Origin: the human T2T-CHM13v2.0 reference genome, Homo sapiens
Direction: 5' to 3' (one strand)
DNA: 64,000 bases
Assembly: GCF_009914755.1 (NCBI RefSeq)
Contig: NC_060930.1
In this document: one piece after another, positions 59,990-64,000 of the stretch
Numbering within the stretch: position 1 is the first letter of the stretch
Layout: every line of letters starts with the position of its first letter
The notes under the pieces: model-generated
Told to the model about the DNA's origin: nothing
Database searches by the model: none
Seen by the model: only the letters and a program-made list of their open reading frames with translations
Program-made: the position numbers and the translations under genes

Positions 59990-60215
59990 GCCAAATGTGA
60001 TAGGAAAAAACACAAACTTGGGGATTAAATAGATTTGAGTTTGAATTTGTTACACATTATGTGACCTTGGGCAAGTTATCTGCACTCTGAGCCTCAATTT
60101 CCACACCTGCAAATTGGGGATAATGCCTCATACTGTTGTGAGCACTAACCTGACAGCATATGCAAAATATCCAGAAAGTGCCTGGTATTAAGAAAATGGT
60201 TAAGAAATGCTTCTT
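59990..60215 (+). mobile_element. MIR SINE
   Basis: tgtgaccttgggcaagttatctgcactctgagcctcaatttccacacctgcaaattggggataat. Confidence 0.8.
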
Positions 60216-60275
60216 CACTTCTTCCTTCACAGAATCCCTCACCACCTGGTCAGCTGGAAATCGCTGACCTTGTAG

Positions 60276-60670
<395 letters not shown>

Positions 60671-61754
60671 CCCAGTGAGCGCTCTTGAAGCTAAGCTCAT
60701 GTCACCCACCTCTTTTAAGACATAGGTCTTCTGGAGAACCCATTAAAGCTTCCTGAAAGCTGCATTTGAAAAGTGAACCTGGGTATCATCTTGTAGTTTT
60801 CCATTGCTTTCTTCATCCTCTGCCCTTTTCTTCTTTTTTTCCTTCTTATCCTAGAGTATTAAAGAACCCTTTTCTTTCTTTCTTTTGCCTAAAATGATGG
60901 CAACAGCTTCTTTCACAAAGGAAAGATACAGGATAAAATATGAGTGTTAAAGATTTAGTTGGATTCATTAAAGACAAAACCATAATAGGTTTCTAAGAGA
61001 ACCTACAGCTTCCTACAGAATGTTTTTGAGGCACATCCTCAAGCTTTGAGGTCGAAAGTGTAGAGCACTCTTTTTTCACAATCCCTTTAATTCAATCGGA
61101 AATAGCATTGACTATTATTTTGTGACAATATGACAAAGCTGATGTTTTCTTGTACTGATTTTTACTCTTGCATTCATCAGAAATATATTACATAACTACA
61201 GTGTGTTAGAATCTTCACTTTCTGCTACAAAGACATAAAGATAAATCAGAAATGAATACTATTGTTATGGAGTTTCAAAGCAATTTGTTTAAAAATAAAG
61301 CAGGCTTTCTCGGAACACTGAGATTTGGTCAAGCACTTTGGCAGCTTGATATTGGACTGATAATTATGTTATTTAGCTCACCAGAAGTCTACAACCTGTA
61401 GGAACTTCTGTCTTTCCACATTGAAAGTGGGAACAAAATAGAGAATTGTTGAGTAGTGGATCTCAGGATAAAATTGATTTTATTGAGAAATAAAAAGCAC
61501 TTTTGCTGTTATTTAATGATATAAAAGAACATTATCCTCAGCACTTGTGGCTGCATGGGGCATAGAGGAAACCCATAGTGTTTCCCAGCAAAGAAAAATT
61601 CTTACACTTGGGGTTGAGAGTTGACAGGTTGGCAGACCTTAAGGTAAAAATACAGGAGGGATTTAATCTTTTGATTTAATAATCAAAAGAAAAAAGAAAA
61701 TACTAAATTTATCAGTGGGAAGACATCTTTCTAGTAGATTAAGAATATTGTGAG

Positions 61755-62085
<331 letters not shown>

Positions 62086-62441
62086 TTAGATGCAAAACCC
62101 CCAACAATGGGCAGGAATTATCCATACTATTCATATGTGAGACTCCTGACTTTACGGTTAGGAAAAGAGATTGACAGGAAATGAGAAAAGCCTTTAGAGG
62201 ATTGAGAGTTGGTTTCACTCTTTCCACATGGAGGAAAACTGTTCTCCCCCTATTATCTATTAAATATTTAATTATCAGTATAGCATGGACACCAACCAAT
62301 TAGAATATTATTTCCTCCCAATGCCTATGTGCCCTGACTACAGCTCTTTCCATTTCTTTTTTCTTAATGTGTTTCCTCTTCTTTGCTCTTTTAATCCTCT
62401 TCCTCTTTCTCCTCCTCTTTCTTTCATCAAAAATGAATGAT

Positions 62442-62738
62442 GGTCTGGGAGCAGTGGCTCACACCTGTAATCCCACCACTTTGGGAGGTGGAAGCAGGCA
62501 GATCGCTTGAGCCCAGGAGTTTGAGCCCAGCCTGGGCAACGTGGTGAAACCCCGTCTGTACAAGAAATACAAAAAGTAGCTGGGCGTGGTGGCTTAAGCC
62601 TGTAGTCCCAGCTCCAGGACGCTGAGGTAGGAGGATTGCTTGAGCCAAGGAGGTTGAGACTGCAGTGAGCCATGATTGTACCACTGCACTCCAGCCTGGG
62701 CGAGACTCTATCTCTTAAAAAGAAGAAGAAAAAAAAAA
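62442..62738 (+). mobile_element. AluJ
   Basis: gatcgcttgagcccaggag, gaggattgcttgagcc. Confidence 0.93.
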
Positions 62739-63644
62739 TGATGGTGCCTCTATAGGGCCAAGACAGAGGAAAAAAAATTTTCAGCCCCATTTTCCCTACC
62801 TCAAATTATTTTTATGGTATACAGTCCTACTACTAGCCATAGGGATTTTGTTTCCTTAATGGATTGACAATACAGCAAAAATATTGATTGAATAATTTTT
62901 TTTGCAATGAAAATGGCAATTTGCTAGAGCAACAGAAAAACAAAATCATGTTTTAGCTGGAAAAAAAAATATCCAAAGCCAAAATTATCTTGTGGTCTGT
63001 CACAGCCAGAAATGTCAATAGAGGTAAGAGCAACTAGTCATCTCCCAATCGGCAGTGCTGAAGGCAAGAAGGAGAAAATAAACATGGGAGTAGGATGAAG
63101 GAAATGAATGAGACCCGCAAGAAACTGGAGCAAAGAGAGCTAAGAGCCACTGTGAACAACCTCTGTCAACCTTTTCAGATGCACTGCCTTCATCTCTTAC
63201 CTACTCATTGATCATAAGGAAATAAACCACAACACCTTTATAAATTGTTGCTTAACCACCAACGGCCATAAACAGTGGCATAATGTTAAATTCTGTCCTC
63301 CTCCATCTCCTTGTCTTTCCCGACAGCCTTCTAAAAATGCTCAGTCAAGATTGGGTTGAAAGATGGATGATTGGAAATCCACTCTCATACTGTCTCATCC
63401 AAACTCATGGTAGATAACCTCAGCCCCTACATGTGACTATCTGGAATCTGCAGGAATGGATGCCCTGGGAACAAGCCTCTAAAGCTTGAGAGCATAGGCG
63501 TACTCATGCTCTTGGGGGCTAACGATGGTCTTTGGGAGATATTAGTACCTGAAGCCATGGAATAAACTTGATGGTGCTTGTCTTGTTGATTTTACTCAAA
63601 GATTTGGTAGAGAGAATTATTTTTTATTTTAATGCAAACATGGA

Positions 63645-63671
63645 GTGTGTGTGTGTGTGTGTGTGTGTGTG
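63645..63671. repeat. (GT)n microsatellite
   Basis: Direct reading. Confidence 0.95.
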
Positions 63672-64000
63672 ATAAAAAATAGCTGCAACGATTTTAAAGA
63701 TAAAACAAGGAACTTCTAAAAATTATATGCCTGCCTCTGCCTGCTTCAAGCTCTGACCTCAGAACTTAAGAGGTATTCCTTCACTCTCCTTTGCCACTAG
63801 GGAATAATTCAGAAGAAATATGTAAACACTGCTTCCTTAAGAACATAATTTGCTTTTCCCCACTATACCAGCGCTCTGTTGTACCTTCCAGCATCCACCC
63901 TACCCCAAAATTAATAGGTGGTGAGTCATTGCTGAGTTGTTTTAACTTTGGGGACCAGCAGGCTTGGTGTCTTTTCCAGGATGAATGGGGGAGAGGGAAA

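Overview
Human-type (primate) non-coding genomic DNA, intergenic or deep intronic, with about 20 Alus plus L1, L2, L3/CR1, MIR, MaLR/ERV1 LTRs and several DNA transposons (near-full-length Tigger1, MER5, MER33, MER53, MER58A, MADE1). I find no host protein-coding exon, RNA gene, CpG island or CRISPR-like array, and I cannot name the locus. The ORF track is explained by Alu/L1/Tigger1 remnants, microsatellites and chance. I found no new multi-gene biological system. The most notable structures are mutational and retrotranspositional records. (1) A young L1HS-lineage insertion (54939-56923) has a twin-priming 5' inversion, an intermediate ACG/A subfamily signature, a perfect 16-17 bp TSD, and three poly(A) tracts separated by two short non-L1 tags, consistent with serial 3' transduction. 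(2) A cluster of locally templated inverted and direct micro-duplications (template-switch-like scars) lies at about 9-16 kb, including a 99-bp inverted copy of an Alu 5' end plus its flank 1.45 kb from its source, and a 46-bp inverted repeat enclosing a home-made minisatellite. Repeat family names come from recalled consensus sequences, not a database search, and boundaries of old repeats are approximate.
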